This document shows, piece after piece, positions 55,414 to 64,000 of a DNA stretch of 64,000 nt (position 1 is its first letter; every line of letters starts with the position of its first letter). The stretch comes from Candidatus Uhrbacteria bacterium CG10_big_fil_rev_8_21_14_0_10_50_16 (lineage in GTDB: Bacteria; Patescibacteriota; Patescibacteriia; UBA9934; UBA11717): positions 246,153-310,152 of the forward strand of contig PCYM01000001.1 in assembly GCA_002774875.1 (NCBI GenBank). The letters run 5' to 3'. The notes below the pieces were generated by a model, which was not told where the DNA came from, ran no database searches, and saw only the letters and a program-made list of their open reading frames with translations. Both the position numbers and the translations under genes were made by a program.

Positions 55414-56915
55414 ACGGAGGGTCGTTGTTTTTTTAACCAGGTCTTTAGCAGATACGTCGCACGCACATCGTCTTCGTTGTATTGCACGATGCGCTCCAAT
55501 AAACTTTTGTCTCCTCGCTCCAACCATTCGTGATACCAACGGATGGAATTAACCCCACTCGCATCTTCCGCACGCCAAGAAAACCCAATATATCTAGCAA
55601 GATCTTTAAGCGAATAAAATGGAAGTGGAAAAATAACTGCTGACCGCAGCTGCGCATTGAGATCAATGAAATTCTTTTCCAAACTCTCCAACACCCCGTC
55701 AGGTGCGCCATAGCGATCGATCATTTTATGACACACGCTGATCTCATACCAACCATAGTGATACACCGGCGCGTGTTTATGCTCGTGCAAAAACTGCGCA
55801 AATTCCTCCCACGCACGTTGTTCTTCTTCCTCCGATTTTGCCAAAAATGCCTGGTAGGACTCTTCCGTAGTGCCGTCTTCTTTAGAGACAACCGTTAGCA
55901 CACCAAACAAATAATCCAAATCACGCACGGGGTCTGACTCAATATCAAAGTAGAGTTCAATGTTGGATTGTGGGAATGTAATGACCTCCACTACGTCATG
56001 CACACGCTCTTTTAAACTCACGGCTTGGCGATGCAAAAAACGTAATCGGTCTTCCTTCATGTCTAACAGTTTGTCTGCCAATGGAGCAACATCGGCGGCG
56101 GCGAGTTCCAAAACCGTTGTAACACCGGCACCCTGCAGCTCTTCCACCTCACTCGCCTGAATACGATTCAACAATGACAGGTCATCGCAATCCTCCGTCT
56201 CATCCATGCAAACGTTGAAAAACGGAGAGGTCTTGCATCCACTCGTAAGGATATGTGCCGGATCTTCTCCGGCGAGAATACGCTCAATCGCATCCAACGT
56301 CAGCCGATAATTGGCTTCAAACCGCTCCAAATCATAGCGCATAATAACGCCCGAGGAGGACATAATATATCCGCTCGTTGGTTTGACATCTTGCACACGC
56401 TCAAGGAGCTCCGCATAAAACGCGCCCTGCATTTTGTGCTCGTCACGGATGGAACGTGGATCGCTCATCCGTTTTATATCCACCGCCACGTAATAATAGG
56501 CGCCCAGTGCACTTTTGCCCTCCACACGCTCCAATACATCCGGACGCGCGACCCAATGCCCGTCCACAAACACCCCTCTATAAATAGTCTGCACGCCACT
56601 CTTCATCAATTCCATCGTGCGACTAAACGCGTCATTTTGATCTTCATCCTCCACCACGCTGTACTGTCCGCGGATGGTCAAAAGTTTCTCCATAACTTCC
56701 GGCAACAGCCCATCATCAATCAATCGCGCTTGCAATGCGTCTAAATTTGCCCCATGTACAACGGATCGTCGCACCCACTTTGGGCACTTTGCGTAGTAAA
56801 AAAAGGTTTTTTCTGTAAGTTCCATGATAGACACAGTATAACATGCTTGAGGTAACCGCTTGACAGATCCGCGTATTTTTTCTACATTCCGCCCGTAACG
56901 GAAGGAGGGGATCAT
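55410..56915 (-). CDS. RecB/Cas4-like PD-(D/E)xK nuclease fused to an RNase-H-fold exonuclease domain (TM0106-like)
   Basis: YVAVDIK...QGAFYAELL (the QxxxY motif), a Cys cluster CKTSPFFNVCMDETEDC, and a C-terminal YFDIESD exonuclease-like start. Confidence 0.5.
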   Translation of the reverse strand: MIPSFRYGRNVEKIRGSVKRLPQACYTVSIMELTEKTFFYYAKCPKWVRRSVVHGANLDALQARLIDDGLLPEVMEKLLTIRGQYSVVEDEDQNDAFSRTMELMKSGVQTIYRGVFVDGHWVARPDVLERVEGKSALGAYYYVAVDIKRMSDPRSIRDEHKMQGAFYAELLERVQDVKPTSGYIMSSSGVIMRYDLERFEANYRLTLDAIERILAGEDPAHILTSGCKTSPFFNVCMDETEDCDDLSLLNRIQASEVEELQGAGVTTVLELAAADVAPLADKLLDMKEDRLRFLHRQAVSLKERVHDVVEVITFPQSNIELYFDIESDPVRDLDYLFGVLTVVSKEDGTTEESYQAFLAKSEEEEQRAWEEFAQFLHEHKHAPVYHYGWYEISVCHKMIDRYGAPDGVLESLEKNFIDLNAQLRSAVIFPLPFYSLKDLARYIGFSWRAEDASGVNSIRWYHEWLERGDKSLLERIVQYNEDDVRATYLLKTWLKKQRPSV

Positions 56916-57834
56916 GCAGATTCCGGATTACATTGGACCCTACAGGGTTGTTTGCCGCGTTGGTACTGGCTTCATGGGGGAGGTGTACGAAGCTGAACGG
57001 GAAATTACAGGAGACGGGGCCGTGTTCCTGGAAACCGTAGCGATCAAGTTGCCCCGTTCTCGCTTGCCACGATTAGCCGAATTCTTCCATCACGAATACG
57101 CCATCGGGCGGCACATGCGCTACCAGCATCTCGTGTGGATCCAGGATCTCATCCTTCTCGAAGATCACACGCCATGCTTGGTGATGGAGTTTGTTCACGG
57201 GCAACTCTTGGGATCACTCGTGGACAACATCCGCACGCTGGAGGCTCTGGAGATCATCCGTCAGGTCGCCCTGGGGCTTGATTGGTTCCACACAAGGTGC
57301 GACGGGAGCACATGGCTCCGAGCCGTACATAGTGATGTCAAGCCTGACAACATCTTTCTCACCAATGAGGGGACTATTCGGGTCTTTGACTACAGCATCG
57401 CAGACCATTTGATCCGTAACCGACAAATCGAAACTGAGACCACCCAAGGAACCCCTGTCTACATGTCCCCGGAGCTGGCGCTGGCACGCGCCATCGACTT
57501 CCGGTCGGACCTCTTCACTCTTGGGACCCTGCTGTTTGAGCTCCTCTTTCATTGGCGACCGTTTGATCGAGCAAACACGTTCGAGACAATGACGTACATC
57601 GCAAACGGCAGCTTCAAAGGGCAGATCAATGAGGTAAATAGGCATTATCATCACCTTCCGGATCTTTCTCGCGTTCTTGCATCCTGCTGGGAAAGGGACC
57701 CGGGAAAACGACCGAAAAGCGCCATGACCGTAGCTTTTGCCATGGAGGGGTTCATCTTACAGGAGCAAAAGCACAAGCATCTCCCCATTGGACCCGTGAG
57801 TCTCCTTCCACTCCTTGGCAATCACACTCCGTAA
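56914..57834 (+). CDS. Hanks-type Ser/Thr protein kinase (kinase domain only)
   Basis: G-loop GTGFMGEVY, VAIK, HSDVKPDNIFL, DYS, YMSPE. Confidence 0.75.
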   Translation: MQIPDYIGPYRVVCRVGTGFMGEVYEAEREITGDGAVFLETVAIKLPRSRLPRLAEFFHHEYAIGRHMRYQHLVWIQDLILLEDHTPCLVMEFVHGQLLGSLVDNIRTLEALEIIRQVALGLDWFHTRCDGSTWLRAVHSDVKPDNIFLTNEGTIRVFDYSIADHLIRNRQIETETTQGTPVYMSPELALARAIDFRSDLFTLGTLLFELLFHWRPFDRANTFETMTYIANGSFKGQINEVNRHYHHLPDLSRVLASCWERDPGKRPKSAMTVAFAMEGFILQEQKHKHLPIGPVSLLPLLGNHTP

Positions 57835-57978
57835 ATCCCCGACCATCCAGGCCGGGGCTCATTTTTTATAAGATCACCCAGGGATTGACAAACGCCCTAC
57901 GATCGACTATATTCCCCTGTCACCAACCACAACCTAGAGGGAGGAACCGTGACACTTACACGCGTTGGTTCGTATTAC

Positions 57979-58932
57979 ATGGAGGAAGAGGAGTTGGGGC
58001 AAGGATGGCTGTGCACCGTACACGAGGCGTGGAAGCCCGTTCAGTTGAAAACTGGTACGTGGGGAAGGAAGTACGTGGCCATCAAGCGCTACAGGGACAA
58101 TGTATCTCCCAATCAGCCAACGTGGGAATCGTTGAGAGACGAGGCAACCATCGGTACGGCGGTAGACCACCCCAATCTTCTGCGTGTGCAGGAGGTGATC
58201 GAGACCGACCGTGGTCCACACCTGGTTATGGAGCTCTTGGACGGCGTGACACTGGACAGACTCACTACCGACGGACGGCACCTCGTTCCCCTCATGCCGC
58301 CGCTTGCGCTCGAGATTATCTATCAGGTGGCGCTAGGACTACACTCCTTGCACACGCTGGAGATAGACGGCAAGCCCGTGTTCCCTGTGCATCGGGACGT
58401 CAAGCCGCACAACGCATTCCTGACGCGAGATGGTCGTGTTGTGCTCTTTGACTACGGAATCTGTCACTTCACGGGAATGAAGTTACAGGACCTGCCCAAT
58501 CAGGTCTACGGCAGCTGCCATTACATGTCTCCAGAACAAGCGCTTGGGCTAGTAGACATTACCCATATGACTGACCAGTACGGGCTCGCGACGATGCTCT
58601 ACCAGCTCATCGCCGGACGCTACGCCTACGAAGGCTGTGCGCAGAATATCCTGTACGACGTTGTCAATCCTGAGAAGTCGCCGCCCCTCGACCTCATCGA
58701 GCAGCGATGCCCGCAGGTGGTGCCCATTCTGCGGCGATGCTGGCAGAACAACCCGAAGATGCGCTACCCCAACATGCGGTGGCTGGCGCGAGCCCTGTGG
58801 CAAGCGCGACGCACCTACCAGAGTATCAACAACCTGGCTGTTGTCCGACCCGCACTCACAGGATGGACGCTCCCCTCGTCAACCCCGACGCGGCGCGTAG
58901 CTACTGCGCCCATGCCAACGGCCCACGAATAA
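57979..58932 (+). CDS. Hanks-type Ser/Thr protein kinase paralogue
   Basis: VAIKRY, HRDVKPHNAFL, DYG, YMSPEQ. GC-rich. Overlapping Arg-rich ORFs in other frames are spurious. Confidence 0.75.
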   Translation: MEEEELGQGWLCTVHEAWKPVQLKTGTWGRKYVAIKRYRDNVSPNQPTWESLRDEATIGTAVDHPNLLRVQEVIETDRGPHLVMELLDGVTLDRLTTDGRHLVPLMPPLALEIIYQVALGLHSLHTLEIDGKPVFPVHRDVKPHNAFLTRDGRVVLFDYGICHFTGMKLQDLPNQVYGSCHYMSPEQALGLVDITHMTDQYGLATMLYQLIAGRYAYEGCAQNILYDVVNPEKSPPLDLIEQRCPQVVPILRRCWQNNPKMRYPNMRWLARALWQARRTYQSINNLAVVRPALTGWTLPSSTPTRRVATAPMPTAHE

Positions 58933-58980
58933 AAGCACCCGACCTCCACTGGAGGCCGGGGCTCAATTTTTTTTACAACC

Positions 58981-59712
58981 TTACTCAACGGGCAAAATCT
59001 CGATCGACTTAATAACCGGTGGAGTTAACGGCTTGTCTGATGGCGGACCACTCGTCTCCACCGTTGCAAGCATGTTTACCACATCCATGCCATCCGTCAC
59101 CTGTCCAAAAATCGTGTAGAGATTTGGAAGCGGCGTGTTGCCATGCATAATAAAGAACTGACTACCGTTGGTGTTAGATCCGGAGTTTGCCATAGCCAGT
59201 GTTCCTGGTTGGTACGTATTATGTCCACGTCCAAGTTCATCTGGGAATTGGTATCCCGGGCCACCCATACCCCATCGCGAGCTCAGGTTGACATCCTTTG
59301 ACTGTGGATCTCCTGTTTGAATCATAAAATCCTTGATAATGCGATGAAATCGTACCCCATCGTAAAACCCTGTATTTGCAAGGATAAGAAAGTTACTCAC
59401 GGCCGCCGGGGCCTCATCTCCATACAACGCAATCGTCACATCTCCCTTATCGGTGTGCAAAACAACGGATCGATTCACACGTTCTGCCTCCACCAAAATC
59501 CCAGGGAATGCCGTTGGCGGCGCAGTAAAGTCAGACAAGGACACGTCTCCAGTCACAGGTTCAACAACGGGTTCTTCCATAGGAACAGTATTAGGTTCTA
59601 CTTGTAATTCGATCGGTTCCTCCACGGAGGCCGGGACGCATCCCGCTCCCACAAACATAAACAGGCCCAAAAACGCGCACAGTGATGTAAGTTGTTTCAT
59701 AGATTGATTCAT
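58981..59712 (-). CDS. cyclophilin-type peptidyl-prolyl isomerase, lipoprotein
   Basis: Lipobox VGAGC, then FHRIIKDFMIQTGDP and GxxxMAN motifs. Confidence 0.85.
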   Translation of the reverse strand: MNQSMKQLTSLCAFLGLFMFVGAGCVPASVEEPIELQVEPNTVPMEEPVVEPVTGDVSLSDFTAPPTAFPGILVEAERVNRSVVLHTDKGDVTIALYGDEAPAAVSNFLILANTGFYDGVRFHRIIKDFMIQTGDPQSKDVNLSSRWGMGGPGYQFPDELGRGHNTYQPGTLAMANSGSNTNGSQFFIMHGNTPLPNLYTIFGQVTDGMDVVNMLATVETSGPPSDKPLTPPVIKSIEILPVE

Positions 59713-59812
59713 AGCCTGCCGATAGTATCAACTCATGTTCCGTCCGTCAAAAAGCCCTCCACAAAAAAAACATGACCCTTACGAATCATGTTTCAACGAA
59801 CCGATCTGTCCG

Positions 59813-59962
59813 TTATTGTTTGAGTAACTCAATCTGGTGTGCCTGGGTCTCAATCACCGTCTGCTGCTCACGCATGCGGAAGTTGGAAATGGACATCACA
59901 ATTACCAGCCCAAACACGGTCACCAATAACATAACCATAAGTTCTACGTGACCCTTTGACAT
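59813..59962 (-). CDS. small single-TM protein (FtsL/septum-formation-initiator-like topology)
   Basis: Start at MSKGH. One TM helix, then a short coiled coil. Confidence 0.25.
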   Translation of the reverse strand: MSKGHVELMVMLLVTVFGLVIVMSISNFRMREQQTVIETQAHQIELLKQ

Positions 59963-60070
59963 GCAGCGTATACATCCATGAACGCACGAGGTACACGATT
60001 TTTTAACGGATGAGGATTTTGTTTTTGTTGCCATAAGGTTTTATTGATACTTGTATTCTATCAAATTTTT

Positions 60071-60835
60071 TTACGGTGTCTGTGGATGAATAAGTGTCGA
60101 GCAACCGGAACCTACGTCCCAATGTGTTATGGCACGCAGCGTTGCGGATCGTTCCACACCATCTATGCGCAGACTCACCGATTTATCACTCACCGTTTGC
60201 ACACGTTTATCGCGCACGGACACGGGCTGCGCACAAATCCATCGATCCGCTTCTTGATCCAACAACACGAAATCTGCGTCCACCGTGGCATAGGCTAAAT
60301 CTACCGAGTAGCCTGTAGTGCCAACGGGAATCATGGCGTGGACGTCGGCCAAAAGCGCCTCTCGATCTGTATCAAATGTATTGATTACTGGCCGCTCCAA
60401 TAACGCCCAGTGAGAAAAATGGTTGGTGTGCGCCTCAAACAAGCCGGTCTCGGTGTTGCGTGTGGTGTCCACCGGCACCCAGGTATTACGATCGCCATCA
60501 AAATAGGCAATAGAGTACGTCTTAGATCCACTGTAATCTGCAGCTTTCATATGAATCGTCACTGGCACGGGTAACAAGACCCCATCAGGCTCTGCCACAT
60601 AGACATCGCTCACCACAGACGTCCAAACCTTATTAGAAGCGTCTACATCTTTTGCAACATGAACGGCAACCGTAGAGGGGACATCTCCCTCAACAGCAAA
60701 GAGACCGTCGTCCGATTGTGCCTGCACAAATTCTGGACGCACATCCAAAAAAAGAACGGCCCACAAAATCGTGGACAAAAATCCGACGACAAGCAACGGT
60801 CCCACCCATTGTTTCTTCCGTTTGTGCTGCAACAT
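60071..60835 (-). CDS. membrane-anchored hypothetical protein
   Basis: Start at MLQHKRKK. One N-terminal TM helix, then an extracytoplasmic domain. Confidence 0.4.
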   Translation of the reverse strand: MLQHKRKKQWVGPLLVVGFLSTILWAVLFLDVRPEFVQAQSDDGLFAVEGDVPSTVAVHVAKDVDASNKVWTSVVSDVYVAEPDGVLLPVPVTIHMKAADYSGSKTYSIAYFDGDRNTWVPVDTTRNTETGLFEAHTNHFSHWALLERPVINTFDTDREALLADVHAMIPVGTTGYSVDLAYATVDADFVLLDQEADRWICAQPVSVRDKRVQTVSDKSVSLRIDGVERSATLRAITHWDVGSGCSTLIHPQTP

Positions 60836-60903
60836 GATGCAAGTATAACATGCGATGGTCAGAAAAAAAGTGGAGGGCGCCCAGTGGACACCCTCGCGTA
60901 AGT

Positions 60904-61482
60904 CTATGCGTGCCGCGCAAGCCACCTGTCGCGCGTCAACACCCACAGAAGTTCATCATGCCACGTTCCATCACGGAAGAACTGATCCGGCATCCGACCA
61001 ACCTCCACGTATCCGCTCTTCTGCAAGGATCTATTTGATCGCAGGTTGTTGGCGACCGTAGCGGATCGTACCGTGCGCAGATTGAGCGTGTTAAACGCGT
61101 GACCGAGCAAAAGCTCCTTGGCCTCGGGTCCATACCCACAGCCACGACATTCCACCTCACCGATCAGCATCCCAGTAACCGCTGATTGATTGAGATGATC
61201 AATCCTATGCAGACCGATGTTGCCAATGTGTCGATTTCCCTCGTTGAGTACGATTGCGAGCACAATCTCATTCTCGTCTTGATACAGACTCTCGATCCAC
61301 GCCTGTTCACGTGCCAGATTGTAGACTCCACGACTTCCGAGCCACTTGCGAGTCTCGGGGTGATTGATCCACCGAGTGGCACACGGCGCGTCTTCCACCT
61401 CCAACGGACGCAAATACAGACGGACTCCTTGTAAAAAGACGACGGGCTTTTGCGGTTCCATATATCTTCTCCTGGTCGCCAA
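60904..61482 (-). CDS. GNAT family N-acetyltransferase (RimJ/RimL-like)
   Basis: 192 aa with the GNAT A-motif region RGCGYGPEA. Called from overall similarity to RimJ/RimL-type acetyltransferases. Confidence 0.65.
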   Translation of the reverse strand: MATRRRYMEPQKPVVFLQGVRLYLRPLEVEDAPCATRWINHPETRKWLGSRGVYNLAREQAWIESLYQDENEIVLAIVLNEGNRHIGNIGLHRIDHLNQSAVTGMLIGEVECRGCGYGPEAKELLLGHAFNTLNLRTVRSATVANNLRSNRSLQKSGYVEVGRMPDQFFRDGTWHDELLWVLTRDRWLARHA

Positions 61483-61695
61483 TCAAAACACCCCTACCGT
61501 CCAATTACGGCAAGGGTGTGCTGACTGCATCTATCTAGTCGATCACAACACCTAGCCGCTTGGAGCGACGTTCATCTGCTTGGCGCAGATAAGCACGTGT
61601 TGTGTGTAGGATATATTCATAACACTTCTATAAGACCATACGGCTGTGCATCTGTCAACCCCTCTCCCCTCACCCTTGACACTCTGTGAGAAAAG

Positions 61696-61716
61696 GGTGC
61701 CTGTCCCCTTTATCCA
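61696..61716. repeat. 21-nt motif GTGCCTGTCCCCTTTATCCAC, copy 2 of 3
   Basis: Direct repeat partner of 62748-62767 (one deletion). Inverted copy at 18072-18092. Confidence 0.6.
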
Positions 61717-62050
61717 CAATTCATGTGGCCTCAAACAAGGACATCCGTTAATAGCGAACAGATCACCCCCTCACCCCTCCTTCGCAGGGAGGGGAGGAAA
61801 GCTAGATCAAATCCAGCCTGTCGCAACCCGAGGATATGTGCGTTTTGAAGGCGAGCCCATAACTCACTCAAAACACACATGTCCGAAGATGAGCGAGTGC
61901 GGCAAAGGGTTCTAGCAATGCAGGAGCGAAGTACGTTGCTTATAAATAATCCGCGTTGGGCGTCGACCCAATCTTTAGCAGACGCAGGCAATACACTGGT
62001 ATGTCGACGACTCCTTGCGGATTATTTAAAGCAATGTGCCGAGCGACCCC

Positions 62051-62079
62051 TTGACAAATGGGTCTTTTTGTGGTATAAG
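62051..62079 (+). promoter_or_regulatory. near-consensus sigma70 promoter TTGACA-N17-TATAAG
   Basis: Same -10 hexamer as the promoter at 33856. About 55 nt upstream of the GC-rich gene start. Confidence 0.45.
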
Positions 62080-62133
62080 AAGCGGGTTCGCAAACCCCTA
62101 TTTCGCCTAAAACGGCGGAGAGAGACGTGCAAA

Positions 62134-62676
62134 ATGGAGCAGTTCCTCGTTCCCATCCTGTTGGTCGGCAACCTCCTGGGCTGGAGCCTTGTGCTCTGGT
62201 TCGGAAACGAGTTCAGGAAGAAGTTCTCCTACATGGACGATTTCCGGCGAAATGCCGGGAACATGGCCTGTGACTTCTGGATCGAGGCCATGACCTCGCT
62301 CCACGGCCAGAAGGATCGTGCCGGTAGGAAGCCCGGCATGAACACCTTCCAGCTCCAGGCCGACGAGGCGTTCACCACGCTCGTCGGGTTCAATCTGGTG
62401 GTGCCTCAGTGGGCCCGCCCGCTGTTCCGCGCCCTCTGCGGGCGTGACAGCGGGTTCGACTACTACGGCCGGGTGTCTTCGACCGTCATCGACGGCCGAC
62501 ACACGGCCTTCGTGACGACCTGGTTCGGGAAGAACCAGTGCATATTCCGGTTCCTCTCGTCCACGAGGGGGGTAAAGATCACCCTCCTCAAGGAGCCGGT
62601 CACTTACCGGCACGAGGACGCCCACGGCGTGTACCCGCCGCACTTCTACCAACGCTGGCTCGGGTGGTACGCCTGA
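62134..62676 (+). CDS. hypothetical protein with N-terminal TM helix, GC-rich cassette gene
   Basis: Start at MEQFLVPILLVGN. GC is clearly above the flanks. The long antisense ORF is spurious. Confidence 0.4.
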   Translation: MEQFLVPILLVGNLLGWSLVLWFGNEFRKKFSYMDDFRRNAGNMACDFWIEAMTSLHGQKDRAGRKPGMNTFQLQADEAFTTLVGFNLVVPQWARPLFRALCGRDSGFDYYGRVSSTVIDGRHTAFVTTWFGKNQCIFRFLSSTRGVKITLLKEPVTYRHEDAHGVYPPHFYQRWLGWYA

Positions 62677-62689
62677 TCTCTCCTTCAGC

Positions 62690-62737
62690 CCCCAAGTCAA
62701 AGTCCCCTGGACTTCTCGACTCGGGGGCTTTGACGTT
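62690..62737 (+). terminator. long imperfect hairpin after the cassette gene
   Basis: AGCCCCCAAGTC...GACTCGGGGGCT 12-bp stem with one mismatch. Confidence 0.35.
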
Positions 62738-62747
62738 TGCATTATGG

Positions 62748-62767
62748 GTGCCTGTCCCCTTTACCAC
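62748..62767. repeat. 21-nt motif copy 3 of 3 (GTGCCTGTCCCCTTTA-CCAC)
   Basis: See 61696-61716. Confidence 0.6.
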
Positions 62768-62787
62768 AGGCAAACAAAAACAGCCCC

Positions 62788-63840
62788 TTAATCGGAGCTG
62801 TTTGTTTTTTGCACGTTTTCCCACGGCAAATCCACCCTCCCCACTTGTCCGTAACTGGACAGTGCACGATACAGCGGCTTGTCGAGTCCAAATCGCTGCA
62901 CAATAGATTCAATCGAAAATTCAAACTGTTCTTTTATATACTCCGTGAGATCCTCACCTGCATCACCCGTCGCCTCGATGATAATTGGATCCACGCGACC
63001 AATCGTGTAGACAATTTTGACCAGCGCCTGACTTGCCTTACCCTGAGACACAAGTGTCTTGGCAATAAATCGCGCCATGTAACTCCCCGCACGCGCAGGA
63101 TGACGCGGATCTTTACCGCAGAGAGAAATATTCCCTTGTGGCACAAGTCCACCATATAAATCCGCGCCTACTCTGCGTCCCGACTGCCCCGTAGCACACG
63201 CAAGCCCGCCTTGCGTAAACGGACCCGCAGGATTTACAAATAGCTTCACTTTGTCCACCGATCCAATCACTGGTCGAATAATATGTTCCAAAATGCCTCC
63301 GTGAATCTCTTGCACTTTTACCTGGGCATCGTGCTGCGCAAAAATAGAAACATGGGATACTTCGCGACCGTTCATGGCCACCAACACGCGGCCGTCGGGC
63401 CGGAGCCACTTCATAGCAACATCATGCTGCCGCGCCTCGTCGATTTTACTCGCCAGCGCGTTTGCATACACAAGCGACGGTGGCAACATCTCGCGCGTAG
63501 CTTTTGTGGCGTATCCATAGCAAACAGCTTGATCGCTCGCTGCGCCCTTCCCCACCAACGCCGACCATTCTCGCTCGTGCGCACCCAAATGTACAAATGG
63601 TTCCACCTCATCCTCGTAACCTGCCTCCCTATACACGCGTTTTGCAATCGCACTCACATCAAAATCAGCCCGCGAATCCACCTCGCCAGAGATCATCATA
63701 GCTCCGTGACCACCAAACACCTCAATATTCACGCGCGCATCTTTATCGCGACGCAAAAACTCGTCTACAATAGCGTCGGCAACTTGATCACATAATTTAT
63801 CGGGGTGCCCCGCAAGCACCGCCTCGGCGACTTTTAACAT
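62788..63840 (-). CDS. metK: S-adenosylmethionine synthase
   Basis: GHPDKLCDQV, GKDP and the C-terminal FGR motifs. Alignable along the full length with bacterial MetK. Confidence 0.9.
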   Translation of the reverse strand: MLKVAEAVLAGHPDKLCDQVADAIVDEFLRRDKDARVNIEVFGGHGAMMISGEVDSRADFDVSAIAKRVYREAGYEDEVEPFVHLGAHEREWSALVGKGAASDQAVCYGYATKATREMLPPSLVYANALASKIDEARQHDVAMKWLRPDGRVLVAMNGREVSHVSIFAQHDAQVKVQEIHGGILEHIIRPVIGSVDKVKLFVNPAGPFTQGGLACATGQSGRRVGADLYGGLVPQGNISLCGKDPRHPARAGSYMARFIAKTLVSQGKASQALVKIVYTIGRVDPIIIEATGDAGEDLTEYIKEQFEFSIESIVQRFGLDKPLYRALSSYGQVGRVDLPWENVQKTNSSD

Positions 63841-64000
63841 AGTGGGTTTACCTTAGCATGGACTTGCGGGAATGAGAAGAACCACGCATACTGCTTAGGA
63901 ACCTTAGTATTAACTTCCGGGTCTGCAAATGCGGCCCCAAACCCTCATATATGGACCATGAACATGATCATGATCACGAGGAGGAATGCTGCTCCTCACC

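Noticed and set aside
57885-58451. 188-aa Arg-rich plus-strand ORF overlapping the second Ser/Thr kinase
   Set aside because: It is an alternate frame of a GC-rich kinase gene. The kinase frame carries all catalytic motifs.
62107-62742. 211-aa minus-strand ORF
   Set aside because: It is antisense to the GC-rich cassette gene, which has its own consensus promoter and terminator on the plus strand.
1-64000. CRISPR arrays or IS-type transposases
   Set aside because: There are no regularly spaced direct repeats and no transposase-like ORFs. The only recombinases are the two tyrosine integrases.

Overview
The window is about 64 kb of bacterial chromosome with moderate GC (roughly mid-40s %), tight gene packing and many 4-8 nt gene overlaps. 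Features such as DUF4012 and the isolated rplJ-rplL pair suggest a small-genome lineage, but I cannot assign taxonomy from sequence alone. Most genes are housekeeping: an RND efflux pair, a small RRM RNA-binding protein, tRNA-Tyr and tRNA-Thr(UGU), prepilin peptidase, riboflavin kinase and riboflavin synthase, greA, a copper P-type ATPase cluster, sanA-like, uppS, tpiA, an M16 peptidase, dimeric glycyl-tRNA ligase, frr, holB, mreB, glycosyltransferases with a DUF4012 protein, rplJ, rplL, pyrH, xseA, xseB, two Hanks-type Ser/Thr kinases, a cyclophilin and metK. Several GC-rich patches look horizontally acquired. The main finding is an ~8.2 kb integrative element (18164-26345) inserted at a tRNA-Thr(GGU) gene, bounded by tRNA-derived direct repeats. 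The tRNA gene itself appears split by a ~208 nt group I-like intron after the anticodon, and its 5' exon is duplicated. The element carries two tyrosine recombinases, a Panacea/SocA-like antitoxin-type gene with an unknown partner, a possible HEPN-like protein, small zinc-ribbon membrane proteins and a DUF4236-TPR protein. It also carries an overlapping two-gene module, a Zn-ribbon + DUF4145-like protein followed by a standalone SIR2-like protein. That module is bracketed by two copies of a 22-bp recombinase-type site in mutually inverted orientation. One copy overlaps the module's start codon and encodes the same first five residues in either orientation. I read this as a candidate invertible, phase-variable SIR2-family defence module that I cannot match to a described system. 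Other oddities: a GC-rich ~700 nt ORF-free segment behind a consensus promoter, a 21-nt motif in three copies that flanks a GC-rich promoter-gene-terminator cassette, and a perfect 38-bp palindrome with a partial copy.
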